Source of the DNA: Candidatus Eiseniibacteriota bacterium
Lineage (GTDB): Bacteria; Eisenbacteria; RBG-16-71-46
Direction: 5' to 3'
Assembly: GCA_044223005.1 (NCBI GenBank)
Contig: JBGAML010000002.1
Coordinates: 32,001-96,000 of the forward strand
Length of the DNA stretch: 64,000 nucleotides
Each line of letters begins with the position of its first letter. Position 1 is the first letter of the stretch. The translations under genes and the position numbers were made by a program. The notes beneath the pieces were generated by a model. It saw only the letters and a program-made list of their open reading frames with translations. It made no database searches and was not told the origin of the DNA. Shown piece by piece: positions 18,745-32,563 of this stretch.

Positions 18745-19376
18745 AGGTAGGGGAGCAGCCCGCGCTGCTTGCGGATGACGAAGAAGTGGAGCGCCGTGAG
18801 CGCGGTGATGGCCGCGGGGATCACGACGACGTGGAACGCGTAGAAGCGAATGAGCGAGAGCGGCGCGCCGACGCCGTCCGGGACGAGCAGCCGGCGGAGC
18901 ACGTCGCCGAACGGCACGACGCGCACGAGCTCCATGCCCGTGTGCGTCGCCCAGTAGGCGAGCTGGTCGAGCGGCAGCAGGTAGCCGGTGTACGCCTGCG
19001 CGACGCAGAGCACGAGCAGGCCGACGCCGATCAGCCAGTTCCATTCCTTGGGCGGCCGGTAGGCGCCGGTCCAGAGGACGCGCAGCATGTGCAGGCCCAC
19101 GAGCACGAGCAGCGTGTGCGAGGCGAGCCGGTGCAGGCTGCGGACGTATGCACCGCCCCATACGTCGGACTCGAGGTAGAGGATCGACTCGAACGCGCCG
19201 CCGGGCGCGGGCCGGTAGTAGAAGAGCAGCAGCATGCCCGTCACGACCAGCACGAGGAAGCTCGTGAACGCCATGCCGCCGAGGCAGAACGTGTACGTGA
19301 TGCGCATGTCCCGCCCGCGCACGAAGCGCGGGAACAAGTGCTTCACGAAGCTCGAGACCATGAACCCGCGTTCCAT
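18741..19376 (-). CDS. extP: Cytochrome b6-like N-terminal subunit, ExtP-like
   Basis: 'TFCLGG', 'TG.LL.FYY.P', 'RSLHR.ASH...LHM.RV..TGAYR.P.E.NW..G', 'TGYLLP.DQ.AYWA', 'RFYAFHV..P...LHF..IRK'. Confidence 0.85.
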   Translation of the reverse strand: MERGFMVSSFVKHLFPRFVRGRDMRITYTFCLGGMAFTSFLVLVVTGMLLLFYYRPAPGGAFESILYLESDVWGGAYVRSLHRLASHTLLVLVGLHMLRVLWTGAYRPPKEWNWLIGVGLLVLCVAQAYTGYLLPLDQLAYWATHTGMELVRVVPFGDVLRRLLVPDGVGAPLSLIRFYAFHVVVIPAAITALTALHFFVIRKQRGLLPYL

Positions 19377-19387
19377 CGTGCGTCCTT

Positions 19388-19783
19388 TCAGGCCAGCAGC
19401 CGCAGCAGGCCGCCCTGCCGCGACCACGCGACGCGTTCCATCGGCTCGCGCGCCGGTCCGTGGGTCACGTGGCCTTCGCGATCGAACGTGCTGCCGTGGC
19501 ACGGGCACGCGAAACCGTCCTCGGTCGCGTTGAGCCGGCAGCCGAGGTGCGTGCAGCGCAGGCGCAGGACGTCGATCGTGCCCGCCGACGTGCGGGTCAC
19601 GGCGACGCCGGGCTCGGGCAGCACCAGCGCGCCGTCCACGGGCACGTCCTCGATCCGGACGCGCACCGGGTGCGACTCGGGTGCGCGGGCCGGCGTGAGG
19701 TAGCGCCAGAGGCCAGCGCCCGAGAGCGCCGCCAGCGTCAGCGTGCGGAGGAACGACCGACGCGATCGATCAGGGTTCGCCAT
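19388..19783 (-). CDS. Tat-exported Rieske [2Fe-2S] protein, ExtO-like
   Basis: SRRSFL; CTHLGC and CPCHGS.F...G....GPA. Confidence 0.9.
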   Translation of the reverse strand: MANPDRSRRSFLRTLTLAALSGAGLWRYLTPARAPESHPVRVRIEDVPVDGALVLPEPGVAVTRTSAGTIDVLRLRCTHLGCRLNATEDGFACPCHGSTFDREGHVTHGPAREPMERVAWSRQGGLLRLLA

Positions 19784-20907
19784 TGCTTCAGGTGCTCCCG
19801 GACGAACGTAGGGGACTTGCGGTTCATGAGCCGGTATCGCTCCGGCGGGAAGAAGGCGCCGCGGCGGGCGGTCATGCCCTCGCGGTTCCAGAACGATCGC
19901 AGGCCGAGGCCGTCGATGTCCGGCCGGTAGACGCGCTCGGAATCGGGCTCGAGCAGGAACCGCGCGGGCGTGTCGTGACAGCCGCGGCAGGTGGTGGTCC
20001 CGCGCCGCGTGGTGTGCGGGAACACGCTGGTCCACTCGGCGGCGAGGCGGCGGTTCTCCCAGCCGCGCGCGGCGTCGGTGGCGAAGAGGATCCACTGCGG
20101 ACGCATCGGCGCCACGAGCCCGCGCTCGTCGAGCCCGAGCGGTGGCGCGTCCTGGCGGCGGAGGTAGGTGCTCTTGGTCCACTCGCCCCAGCGCGGCAGT
20201 GGCGCGAACGCCTGCACCGCTTCGGCCCCGTGCGGCTTCACGAGGAACGTGCCGTACTCCTGCGACGCCCAGGCGGAATGGCACGCCCAGCACTCCATCT
20301 TCACGAGGTGCGCGGTGATCGCGTGCTCCGGCACCTGCAGCGATGGCTTCGCGTGACAGTCGCGGCAGGTCTTCGCGGTGCGGCGGTGCTCCTGCAGCGA
20401 GCGCATCGTGTGGCAGTCGGCGCACGCGAGCCCGCGCTCGGCGTGCACGTCCGGCTGCATGCGCAGAACGTGCTCGCCGTTCGCGAGCGCCCCGCGCTGG
20501 TAGCGCTCGTGGTCCTCGCGCGCGGCGCGGCCGTGATAGTCCCAGCCCACCCACGAACCGCGGTGGCAGCGCAGGCAGGCCTCGTCCGGCGGGCGCACGG
20601 CGAACGTCGCGCCCTCGCCGTGGCAGTCGCGGCAGCGCGTCACGTGACAACCGGTGCAGGCCGAATCGAAGAAGCGGTCGCCGTCGCGCCCGAACGCGCG
20701 GTGCGCGAACGCCCGTTCGCCCGCGCGCGTCGCCATCGGCCCGGTCAGCACGCCGCGCGCGGCGGCGTGGCAGCGCACGCAGCCGCTGTCGGGATACCGC
20801 CGGTGCCGCGCCAACTCGGCCGCGGCCGAGTCCGGGCCGACGGCGGCCACCGCCGCGTCAGCGATCGCCAGCGAGCAGGCGACGATGAAGGGAATCGTCC
20901 AGCGCAT
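19738..20907 (-). CDS. Octaheme c-type cytochrome, ExtN-like
   Basis: Signal peptide; 8 CxxCH counted (CVRCH, CTGCH, CRDCH, CLRCH, CADCH, CRDCH, CWACH, CRGCH). Confidence 0.8.
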   Translation of the reverse strand: MRWTIPFIVACSLAIADAAVAAVGPDSAAAELARHRRYPDSGCVRCHAAARGVLTGPMATRAGERAFAHRAFGRDGDRFFDSACTGCHVTRCRDCHGEGATFAVRPPDEACLRCHRGSWVGWDYHGRAAREDHERYQRGALANGEHVLRMQPDVHAERGLACADCHTMRSLQEHRRTAKTCRDCHAKPSLQVPEHAITAHLVKMECWACHSAWASQEYGTFLVKPHGAEAVQAFAPLPRWGEWTKSTYLRRQDAPPLGLDERGLVAPMRPQWILFATDAARGWENRRLAAEWTSVFPHTTRRGTTTCRGCHDTPARFLLEPDSERVYRPDIDGLGLRSFWNREGMTARRGAFFPPERYRLMNRKSPTFVREHLKQWRTLIDRVGRSSAR

Positions 20908-22762
20908 GGGTGTCCATGGGTCTGCGCCAGATCGGGTCGCGGCCCGAATCGTGGCAGTCGAGGCAAAGGTTCACGGTGAAGACGCGGCGCACTTCGTTCG
21001 CGTCGAGCGGCCGCGCGTTCGGCCGCGCGATCGCGGAGTAGGCGGTGATGCGGCCGTCGCGCATCGACAGGAAGCCGTCGAGCGACTTCTCGTCGCTCTT
21101 CTCGCAGCGGAGCGTGCCGCGCACGTCGCCCTTCTCGAGCACGTACTGCCCGAACCCGAGGAAGGCGGGATTTCCGTGGCACGCCGCGCAGCCGACGGCG
21201 CGCGGCCCGGTGTTGTGCCCGTAGAACGGCGCGAACCGCAGCTGCGGCTTGCCGCGGTAGAGGGCGACCGATTCGTCGCGCGAACGCTCGCCGCTGGGCT
21301 CGATCACCGTGACGAACGTCTGGCAGCCCGGCGTCACCGGCGAGATGCGCCCGCGGCTGTCGAGCGCGAGCGGGAACGGGTAGAGCGTGCGCACGTCCTC
21401 GTGCTCGCTGAACATGCCCGGCGTCGCGGACTGCGCGATGAAGTCGTAGCCGTTCTCACGCTTGTCGTACGACGTGTGGCAGCCGTAGCACTGCACGACC
21501 GAGCGCGAGTGGCACGCCGAGCACTCCATGCGTTCGTGCCCCACGATCCGGTGCTCGGGCGTGTCGGTCACGACCGGGCTCGCGAGCAGGCGGCCGCTGC
21601 GCTTGAGCATCACCAGCACGCGCTCGCCGCTCGCGAAGACGTTGGAGTAGGGCCGGCCGCGCGAAGTGAGGGCCATGCGGAAGCCCGGCCGGATCCGGCG
21701 GCCGTACTGGCGCGATTCGCGGATCGGCGGGTCGCTCTCGCGCACAGCCTCGCCGAAGCGGGGCCGGCGCTCGCCGTCGCCGTGGCAGTCCTCGCAGGCG
21801 ATCTCGAGCTGGCCCTGCATGGACGCGGCCGCGTAACCGTCGCCCATCACCTCGCGCGACGTGTGGCAGTCGATGCACTCCATGCCCGCGGCGTGATGCA
21901 CGTCGGGCTCGATGTGCGTGAACGTGCGGTCGTCGCTGCCGGGCACCGGCCCCGGCATGCCGCGGCGCGTCGGCACGAGCGCGTTGTTGCCGTCCTGCAG
22001 GCCCTGGTAGGAGAGCGCGATGCGGCCGCTGCGCTGGTGGCAGCGCAGGCACGCGTCCATCGGCGGCAGCCCCTGCATCGCGTGCGTCGCGCTGTGGAGC
22101 CGCTTGCCGCGCATCGTGCGGTCACCGCCGTGGTACGCCGCGTCGGCGCCGTACGGGAAGTGGCACGCCGCGCAGCCCGCCGGATGTGCCGCCCCGTCGT
22201 CGGCGGGATTCTGCCGCGCGAGGTGACAGCGCGCGCAGAACTTGCGGTAGAGCTCGCCCGAGAGATGGTCGAGATCGCCGACCGCGCGTTCGTGGCGCGG
22301 CGAGCCGTCGGTCGCGAACCGGTTCGCGCCCTGCGCGGCGAACGGCGCGCCCGGGCGCTCGCCTTCCCACGTCGCCTGGATCTGCGCGATCATCCCGGCG
22401 TTGGTGAACATCTGCGACGAGGTCATGCGGTCGACCTCGTGACGGTGACAGTTGCCGCAGCCCTTCTCCCATCGCCCCGGGTAGGACGGATCGTCCAGCC
22501 CGAGGAGGCCCACGTGCGCGGCCTCGCGGGTGGCCGCTTCCGGATGGCCACCGTGGCAGGGCACGCAGCCTTCGTGCGAAGCGGATGCCGTCTCGAGCCC
22601 GGCATGGCAGCGCTCGCATGACGAAACGGCGGACGTCCCCCGGCAACCCGCGCCCGGGAGGAGCAGCGCCGCCGAGGCCAGCACCGGGAGCAGCGCGGCC
22701 ACGGCCCGGCGGACCCACCCGCCGGACCCCGAATCCGCACGCTTCCAGGTCGAAGCCTTCAC
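20858..22762 (-). CDS. extM: Dodecaheme c-type cytochrome (probable lipoprotein), ExtM-like
   Basis: GTG after GGAGG; lipobox-like GAGC; 12 CxxCH counted. Confidence 0.75.
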   Translation of the reverse strand: MKASTWKRADSGSGGWVRRAVAALLPVLASAALLLPGAGCRGTSAVSSCERCHAGLETASASHEGCVPCHGGHPEAATREAAHVGLLGLDDPSYPGRWEKGCGNCHRHEVDRMTSSQMFTNAGMIAQIQATWEGERPGAPFAAQGANRFATDGSPRHERAVGDLDHLSGELYRKFCARCHLARQNPADDGAAHPAGCAACHFPYGADAAYHGGDRTMRGKRLHSATHAMQGLPPMDACLRCHQRSGRIALSYQGLQDGNNALVPTRRGMPGPVPGSDDRTFTHIEPDVHHAAGMECIDCHTSREVMGDGYAAASMQGQLEIACEDCHGDGERRPRFGEAVRESDPPIRESRQYGRRIRPGFRMALTSRGRPYSNVFASGERVLVMLKRSGRLLASPVVTDTPEHRIVGHERMECSACHSRSVVQCYGCHTSYDKRENGYDFIAQSATPGMFSEHEDVRTLYPFPLALDSRGRISPVTPGCQTFVTVIEPSGERSRDESVALYRGKPQLRFAPFYGHNTGPRAVGCAACHGNPAFLGFGQYVLEKGDVRGTLRCEKSDEKSLDGFLSMRDGRITAYSAIARPNARPLDANEVRRVFTVNLCLDCHDSGRDPIWRRPMDTHALDDSLHRRLLAGDR

Positions 22763-22849
22763 CCCACTTCCTCCCGGCGCCACGCCCACGGCCCGACACG
22801 TGAGTGGCACCCTCGCCCCGTTTCGATTCCCGTTCCCCGGAACGCGAAC

Positions 22850-22877
22850 GGGGACGGTGGCCGAAGCCACCGTCCCC
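22850..22877 (-). terminator. 12-bp hairpin with C(UUCG)G tetraloop between porin and cytochrome genes
   Basis: Minus strand GGGGACGGTGGC-TTCG-GCCACCGTCCCC; no U-tract, so possibly a stability or processing element. Confidence 0.45.
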
Positions 22878-22954
22878 GCCTTGCACGAACCCTGCCGCGG
22901 GGCGCGCCGTCCCGGGCGGACGGCGGCGACCTCGGCCGCGAGGGCCCGCCGTTC

Positions 22955-24175
22955 CTAGAACACGATCTGCAGCTGCGTGGTCACCGTGTGGAAGTCCCGG
23001 GTCACGAGGTTCGCGCCCTGGACGCCGCTGAACGTGCCGGTCTTGTCGAAGGTCGTGCCGCTGATCTCGGTCGTGACCTTCAGGTTGTTGCCCCACACGT
23101 AGTAGCTGGCGCCGCCCGCGTACCAGTCGACGCGCTGGTCGTAGACGTTGTCGAGCAGCGCGAAGCGCCACTTCTCGTAGCGCCCGAACACCTGCAGCGG
23201 GAGCTTCGGCAGGAGGTAGCCGGCCTTCACGAACCAGCCGTTCTTCTCGCCGTTGAGCCCGATCGCTTCCGGATCCGGGTTGAGCTCGAGGTACGCGTGT
23301 TCGAGGTTCACCTTCTCGTACGCGCCCGACACCGTCGCGGTACCGAGGCCTTCGAGCGGGTACTCGACGAAGTAGTCCGCCGTCCAGCCGTGGTAGCTCT
23401 TCAGGCCTTCGCGGGTGACCACGTCGCCGTAGACGACGTAGGGCTCGTACTGCGCGGCGACGCCGAACGTCGCGACCTTCTTCTTGCCGAAGTACGTGCC
23501 CTTGTAGCCGTACTCGTTCTCGGGATCGAAGAGGGTCACGTGCGCACGGGCCGAGTAGCGCAGGTCGGCCTTCGGCGTGGACACCGACGACACGGCCTTG
23601 CGGCCTTCCATCACGTCGAGCCGGTACTGGAACATGTCGCGGTACACGTTGCCCCAGACGCCGACGCCGACGTCGCGCGTGGCGACGAACGGCACGCGCA
23701 CGAGCACCGACCGGTCCAGCGTGAGCGGCTGCTCGCAGGCTTCGAGGTTCTCGCGCGACATGTTGTACTTGAACTTGCCGACGTTGAGCTTGAAGTCGTT
23801 CCGGAAGTTGAAGCGGGCGACCGCGTCGAGGATCTCGAAGTTCGTCCCCGGCGGCGTGCTCGCGACGCCCATCGGACCGATCGTCGGGTCGTCACTGAAC
23901 TCGGTCTGCACGTAGAGGCTCATCACCTCGCCGTACGTGCCCATCAGCGCGAGCCGGTTGCGGCGGAAGTTGAAGTTGTACGTGTTCTGTTCGTCGTTGC
24001 CGCCGGAACCGAGGTCGCGGGCGACCGCCTGGAACTGCCCCTTGTACTGGAACTCCAGGGTGCCCTGGTTCTCGGGGCCGAACGTCCACTGCGGTCCCGC
24101 CAGTGCGGCGGCGGCCAGCAGCAGCGATCCGAACGCGCTCAAGGCGGCGACACGGATCATCGTCTTGCCGATCAT
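22955..24175 (-). CDS. extI: Outer-membrane porin, ExtI-like (phosphate-selective porin O/P-like)
   Basis: Signal peptide; 'FNFRRNRLAL.G', 'GKFKYN.SRENLEACE.PLTLDRS', 'RD.GV..WGN', C-terminal Phe; lies next to the rhodanese lipoprotein. Confidence 0.8.
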   Translation of the reverse strand: MIGKTMIRVAALSAFGSLLLAAAALAGPQWTFGPENQGTLEFQYKGQFQAVARDLGSGGNDEQNTYNFNFRRNRLALMGTYGEVMSLYVQTEFSDDPTIGPMGVASTPPGTNFEILDAVARFNFRNDFKLNVGKFKYNMSRENLEACEQPLTLDRSVLVRVPFVATRDVGVGVWGNVYRDMFQYRLDVMEGRKAVSSVSTPKADLRYSARAHVTLFDPENEYGYKGTYFGKKKVATFGVAAQYEPYVVYGDVVTREGLKSYHGWTADYFVEYPLEGLGTATVSGAYEKVNLEHAYLELNPDPEAIGLNGEKNGWFVKAGYLLPKLPLQVFGRYEKWRFALLDNVYDQRVDWYAGGASYYVWGNNLKVTTEISGTTFDKTGTFSGVQGANLVTRDFHTVTTQLQIVF

Positions 24176-24243
24176 GGGTTGCTCTCCTTCGATGGGGAGT
24201 GGCCGACGGGCCACGGACATGCGTTGCCGTTGGGGAACCGTGG

Positions 24244-25515
24244 TCAGCAGCCGCTCTCCGAGCCGCCGCCCGTGCTGGGCGTCGACGGACTCGCCTTGCC
24301 GGTCGTGAAATAGAGCAGGTCTTCGACGTTGATCTGGTTCGCGCGCTTGTCCGTGACGCTCGTGAAGATCGTGTTCGAGATCGGGTCGAGCGTCAGCGTG
24401 CCCGCCGTGATCGTCCCGAACGTGCGCGGCAGCGTCGTGCCAGGTGTGTTGGTGTCGACGCGCCACGCCGTGCCCACGTTGTTCGCGGTGCGGTAACCGA
24501 GCCACTGGCCGGACGAGCCGTCGTAGAGGCGCACGGGCCAGCCGAGCATGCCGTCGAGCACGAAGAACACGCTCGACGCGCGATGTCCGGAGGCGCAGTA
24601 CACGTAGGTCTCCCGGGTGGTCGCGGTGACGCCGAACGTCGCAAGCCGCGCCTGCATGTCGGCCAGCGGCTTGAACGTCGCGTTCTGGCCGGTCACGTAG
24701 TACTGGTTGTAATCGTCCACCTTCGCGTTCGCGACGTACGGGCCGACCAGCGGGTCGACACCGCCGCGCACGTCGAGGATGCGCACGCCGGTGGCGCTCG
24801 TCGCGTCGAGCGTGCCCAGGTTGATGCGGTCGACGACGTCGATCATCTCGCCGATGGGCATGCGGAACTTCAGGCACGCGCCGGTCCCGTCATAGAGGTT
24901 GCGGACGCTGAACGTGGAGGCCTTCACGCTGGGAACGGCGGTGGTCAGCGTGTGACCCGCCGCGGTCCAGGCCGCTTCGCCGCCCTGCAGCACCTTCAGG
25001 CGCGCGCGCGGGAAGCCCCAGTAGCGGAACGTGAAGTACGCGCGCGACGGATTGAGGAAGTTCTGGCCCGTCGTGCCCGTGAGGACGATCGTCGTGTAGG
25101 CGTCGATGCCGAGCTTCTGGATGACGCCGTCCATCCACGCGCCGTCCGGCACCTCGCTGGTCAGCGGGGCCACGGCCTCCATGCGGCCGACGGTCAGGTC
25201 GCTGCTCGAGTTGTAGAGCACCGAACCCGGGATGTGCCCCGCCGCATACTGCGCGGGGGTCGCGACCGTCACGATGACGACCTTGTCACGGCAGCTCGGA
25301 AGCGCGTTGTTGACCTTGCCCTGGTCCATCCACGCCTGGAGCGTGGCCACGTCGATGAGCGCTGTGGGGGTCTGGGTCGTGGTGACCGAAGCGAACGGAT
25401 CGACGTAGCCGGTGGGGTTCTTGCCGCAGCTCGCGAGCGACAGGACGAATCCCATCGCGAGTGCCAGCAGCCCGACGCGCGCCGTCCATCCGAACGTCTG
25501 GGACGATCGCAGCAT
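24244..25515 (-). CDS. extH: Rhodanese-domain lipoprotein (sulfurtransferase), ExtH-like
   Basis: Lipobox LASC; 'YAAGHIPG', 'KVLQGG..AW', active-site loop 'YCASGHRAS', 'LYDGS..QW'; ends ...GGGSESGC. Confidence 0.8.
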   Translation of the reverse strand: MLRSSQTFGWTARVGLLALAMGFVLSLASCGKNPTGYVDPFASVTTTQTPTALIDVATLQAWMDQGKVNNALPSCRDKVVIVTVATPAQYAAGHIPGSVLYNSSSDLTVGRMEAVAPLTSEVPDGAWMDGVIQKLGIDAYTTIVLTGTTGQNFLNPSRAYFTFRYWGFPRARLKVLQGGEAAWTAAGHTLTTAVPSVKASTFSVRNLYDGTGACLKFRMPIGEMIDVVDRINLGTLDATSATGVRILDVRGGVDPLVGPYVANAKVDDYNQYYVTGQNATFKPLADMQARLATFGVTATTRETYVYCASGHRASSVFFVLDGMLGWPVRLYDGSSGQWLGYRTANNVGTAWRVDTNTPGTTLPRTFGTITAGTLTLDPISNTIFTSVTDKRANQINVEDLLYFTTGKASPSTPSTGGGSESGC

Positions 25516-25596
25516 GGCATCCTCCTCTTCAGGAAAGAGCCCCGCCGCCGGACGCATGGTCCGCGGCGGGGCCCGTGGGGTTTCGTGAATCCGGAA

Positions 25597-25896
25597 CTAG
25601 CAGCCGGCCGCGGTCGCCTTCGCTTTGTCGAACGTCACGGTGTCGCCGACCTTCGCCGTGGCAGCCTTCGGCGAGGAGATCGTGACGCCGTCGGTACCGA
25701 CCTTGACGATCGTGCCTTTGACTCCGAGGAACTTGACGCTGACGCCCTTCTTGACCCAGTCGGCGAGCTTGCCGGTCACCGTCACGCGCACTTCCTGCTT
25801 GTCGATGCCCGCGACCTTGCCGGACAGCGGGGCCGCGAACGCGGTGGCGGTGACGAGAGCGAGCAGCGCAACGGTGAGGAAGACCTTCTTCAACAT
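25597..25896 (-). CDS. extJ: Small periplasmic beta protein, ExtJ-like, ending in GC
   Basis: Signal peptide AFA-A; 'GKV..ID...V.VTV.G....WVKKG..V', C-terminal 'AAGC'; AGGAGG RBS. Confidence 0.7.
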   Translation of the reverse strand: MLKKVFLTVALLALVTATAFAAPLSGKVAGIDKQEVRVTVTGKLADWVKKGVSVKFLGVKGTIVKVGTDGVTISSPKAATAKVGDTVTFDKAKATAAGC

Positions 25897-26004
25897 CGTT
25901 CGACCTCCTGAGAACGAATGACGCACGGGCCCGCGCCAGGGCCCGCCGCCGATGCGACGTGTGACGCGAGGTCGCGATCTGCCGATGCGACGCCGGAGCA
26001 GGGC

Positions 26005-26020
26005 TGCAAGAAGCACACCA
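26005..26020 (-). promoter_or_regulatory. Sigma54 -24/-12 promoter upstream of extJ-like gene
   Basis: Minus strand TGGTGTGCTTCTTGCA = GG-N10-GC with TTGCA -12 box. Confidence 0.6.
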
Positions 26021-26194
26021 CGCTTGCAACTCCGTTCACAAAGTCCTGTGGCCGCCTGACGGAGCGTCGTTCTCCGACGGGTTCGTGATTCGCGCAGTGG
26101 AAGTTGGTCGTCCGCGCGCGATCGGCGCGAGGAGCTGCCGGCGCCGGTGCGAGGTGGGGCGACGCGTCGCGTGGGCGGCGTGTGCACGCGTCAT

Positions 26195-26245
26195 TGAAAC
26201 GTCGCGTTGCAACGAAACGTCGCGATTGCGACGAATCGTTGCAAC
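26195..26245. promoter_or_regulatory. Putative enhancer (UAS): tandem TGCRAC-N5-GTYGCR dyads
   Basis: tgaaac-gtcgc-gttgca, tgcaac-gaaac-gtcgcg, tgcgac-gaatc-gttgca. Confidence 0.6.
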
Positions 26246-26258
26246 TGCGGCGGTTGTC

Positions 26259-27704
<1,446 letters not shown>

Positions 27705-27809
27705 GTTAAGCTCCGGCCACCGGTCGAAGCCAGCACGCGCGGGTCGCGGACTCCCGCCGGAGTGCGCCGAGATCGAGTACGCGTTCCCGCTTGGCGCGCC
27801 GGTTCACGT

Positions 27810-27998
27810 TCAGGCCTTCAGGCCGGCCTTCTTCAGGATCGCGATCATCGGACACCACTTGGTGAACGCGCTCTGGAAGAGGTTCAGCCCCACGAAGGCG
27901 GTGAAGGCGAACCACCACGGGTTCACCCACACGCCCAGCGCGACGCTGAGCATGACGAAGAAGCCGGCGATCAGGCGGAGCGCTTCGTCGATCCGCAT
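27810..27998 (-). CDS. DUF2892 / YgaP-like small membrane protein
   Basis: 'RLIAG..V..S..L...V.PWW...TAFVG.NL.QSAFTKWCPM..IL.K.G'. Confidence 0.88.
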   Translation of the reverse strand: MRIDEALRLIAGFFVMLSVALGVWVNPWWFAFTAFVGLNLFQSAFTKWCPMIAILKKAGLKA

Positions 27999-28020
27999 GG
28001 GAAATCTCCTTTCGGGCCGG

Positions 28021-28304
28021 TCAGGCCTGGCGCTCGACCGGCATGAGGAACAGCTTCGAGACGTCGTCGCCATGCGCATCGCGCCGCTTTACGAGCTCGT
28101 CGAACAGCCTCACGGCCGGCGCGTCCTCGTCGACGACCATCACCAGTGCGAGCGCACCGGGGTGGACGCGGTCGCCCGCGTGGATGCCCGAGCGCCCGCC
28201 GCCCTCGGCGATCGGGATCACGGTGTAGCCGGGGGCCCCCAGCGCCGCGAGGTCCTTGCGCAGCGCGCCCACGCGCGCGGCGTCCGCCATCATCATCACG
28301 AGCT

Positions 28305-28308
<4 letters not shown>
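28021..28308 (-). CDS. PII-like transporter-associated protein (PG0541-like)
   Basis: 95 aa; 'L..LG..GYT......G.G.SG.H.G....PG.......V.E......L...L......KLF..PVE'; overlaps the RND gene stop. Confidence 0.6.
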
Positions 28309-31498
<3,190 letters not shown>

Positions 31499-31502
<4 letters not shown>

Positions 31503-32563
31503 CGCGTCACCTTCACGGCGCGGCCGTCCTCGAGCCCGGCGGGCGAGAGTACGACGTCGTCGCCGGCGGAGAGCCCGGCGAGCACTTCGGTAACGCCGCC
31601 CTGTGCGCGGCCGATCCGCAGCCAGCGCAGGTGCGCGGCGCCGTCCTCGGCCACGAACACGCCCGAGAGCCCGCCGCGGCGCACGATCGCGCCGTTGGGC
31701 ACGGTGAGGGACGCAGCGTCGCTCGTGGCCGCGCCCGCCCGGGGCGCGAGCCGCACGCGCGCGAACGCGCCGGGGTCGAGCGCACCGCCGTCGGCCGCGC
31801 GGAAGCGAGCGACGCGGCTGCGCGTCGCGAAGTCCGTCATGCCGTCGACGCGCACGAGTGCCGCCGGGCGCCACGCGCCGTCGCCGACCTGGAACTCCGC
31901 GCCGCCCTTGCCGAGCCGCGCGAGCTCCGACTCCGGCACCGTCGCCGCGATTTCGCCGACCGCGTCCGAGCGGATGTCGAGCAGCGGCTGGCCCGGGCCC
32001 ACCGTCGCGCCGACGTCGGCGTGACGGCGGACGACCACGCCCGCGAACGGCGCCTCGATCGCGACGCCGGAGCGGAGCCCGTCGCGCTGCGCGCGCGCCT
32101 GCGCCCAGCCGGCCTCGGCCGCGCGGCGGTCCGCCTGCGCGCCTTCCAGCTCGCGCAGCGCCGCCACGTGCGCGGCGTAGAGCGAATCCATGCGCGACTC
32201 CTGGCGGCGGGCGAGGTCGCGCTGGAGCGTGGCCGAGACGAGCGCGGCCTCGGCGCCCTCGAGCTGCGCGCGCGTCTCCGGCGCGTCGAAGGTGGCGAGC
32301 ACGGCGCCGGCGCGGAAGTGGTCGCCCTCGCGCAGCGGCATGGCCGTGAGCCGCGCCGCCATCCGGGCGGGCACGGTGACCTCCTCGCGTGCGGTGATGC
32401 GCGCGGGCAGGACGAGCGGGGCGCCGGGCGCGCTGCCCGCGCGCTGCACCGTCACGGAGACGGCGGGGCGGGTGTCGGTCGCGGCGTGTTCGGCGGCGCC
32501 ACCGCAGCCACCGGCGAGGGTGGCGAGGGCGAGGAGCGTCGCGGGAACGGAAAGCGTCTTCAT
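31499..32563 (-). CDS. RND periplasmic adaptor (MFP) lipoprotein
   Basis: Lipobox AGGC; biotinyl-lipoyl-like halves, coiled coil, 'APFAGVV......G..V.PG.PLL', 'EVLAGL..GD.VV'. Confidence 0.9.

Noticed and set aside
24244..24246. TGA after the terminal GC of the ExtH-like gene as possible selenocysteine
   Set aside because: The ExtJ-like gene ends GC-TAG, so GC-stop is the shared pattern; I could not identify a convincing SECIS. A bSECIS search would settle it.
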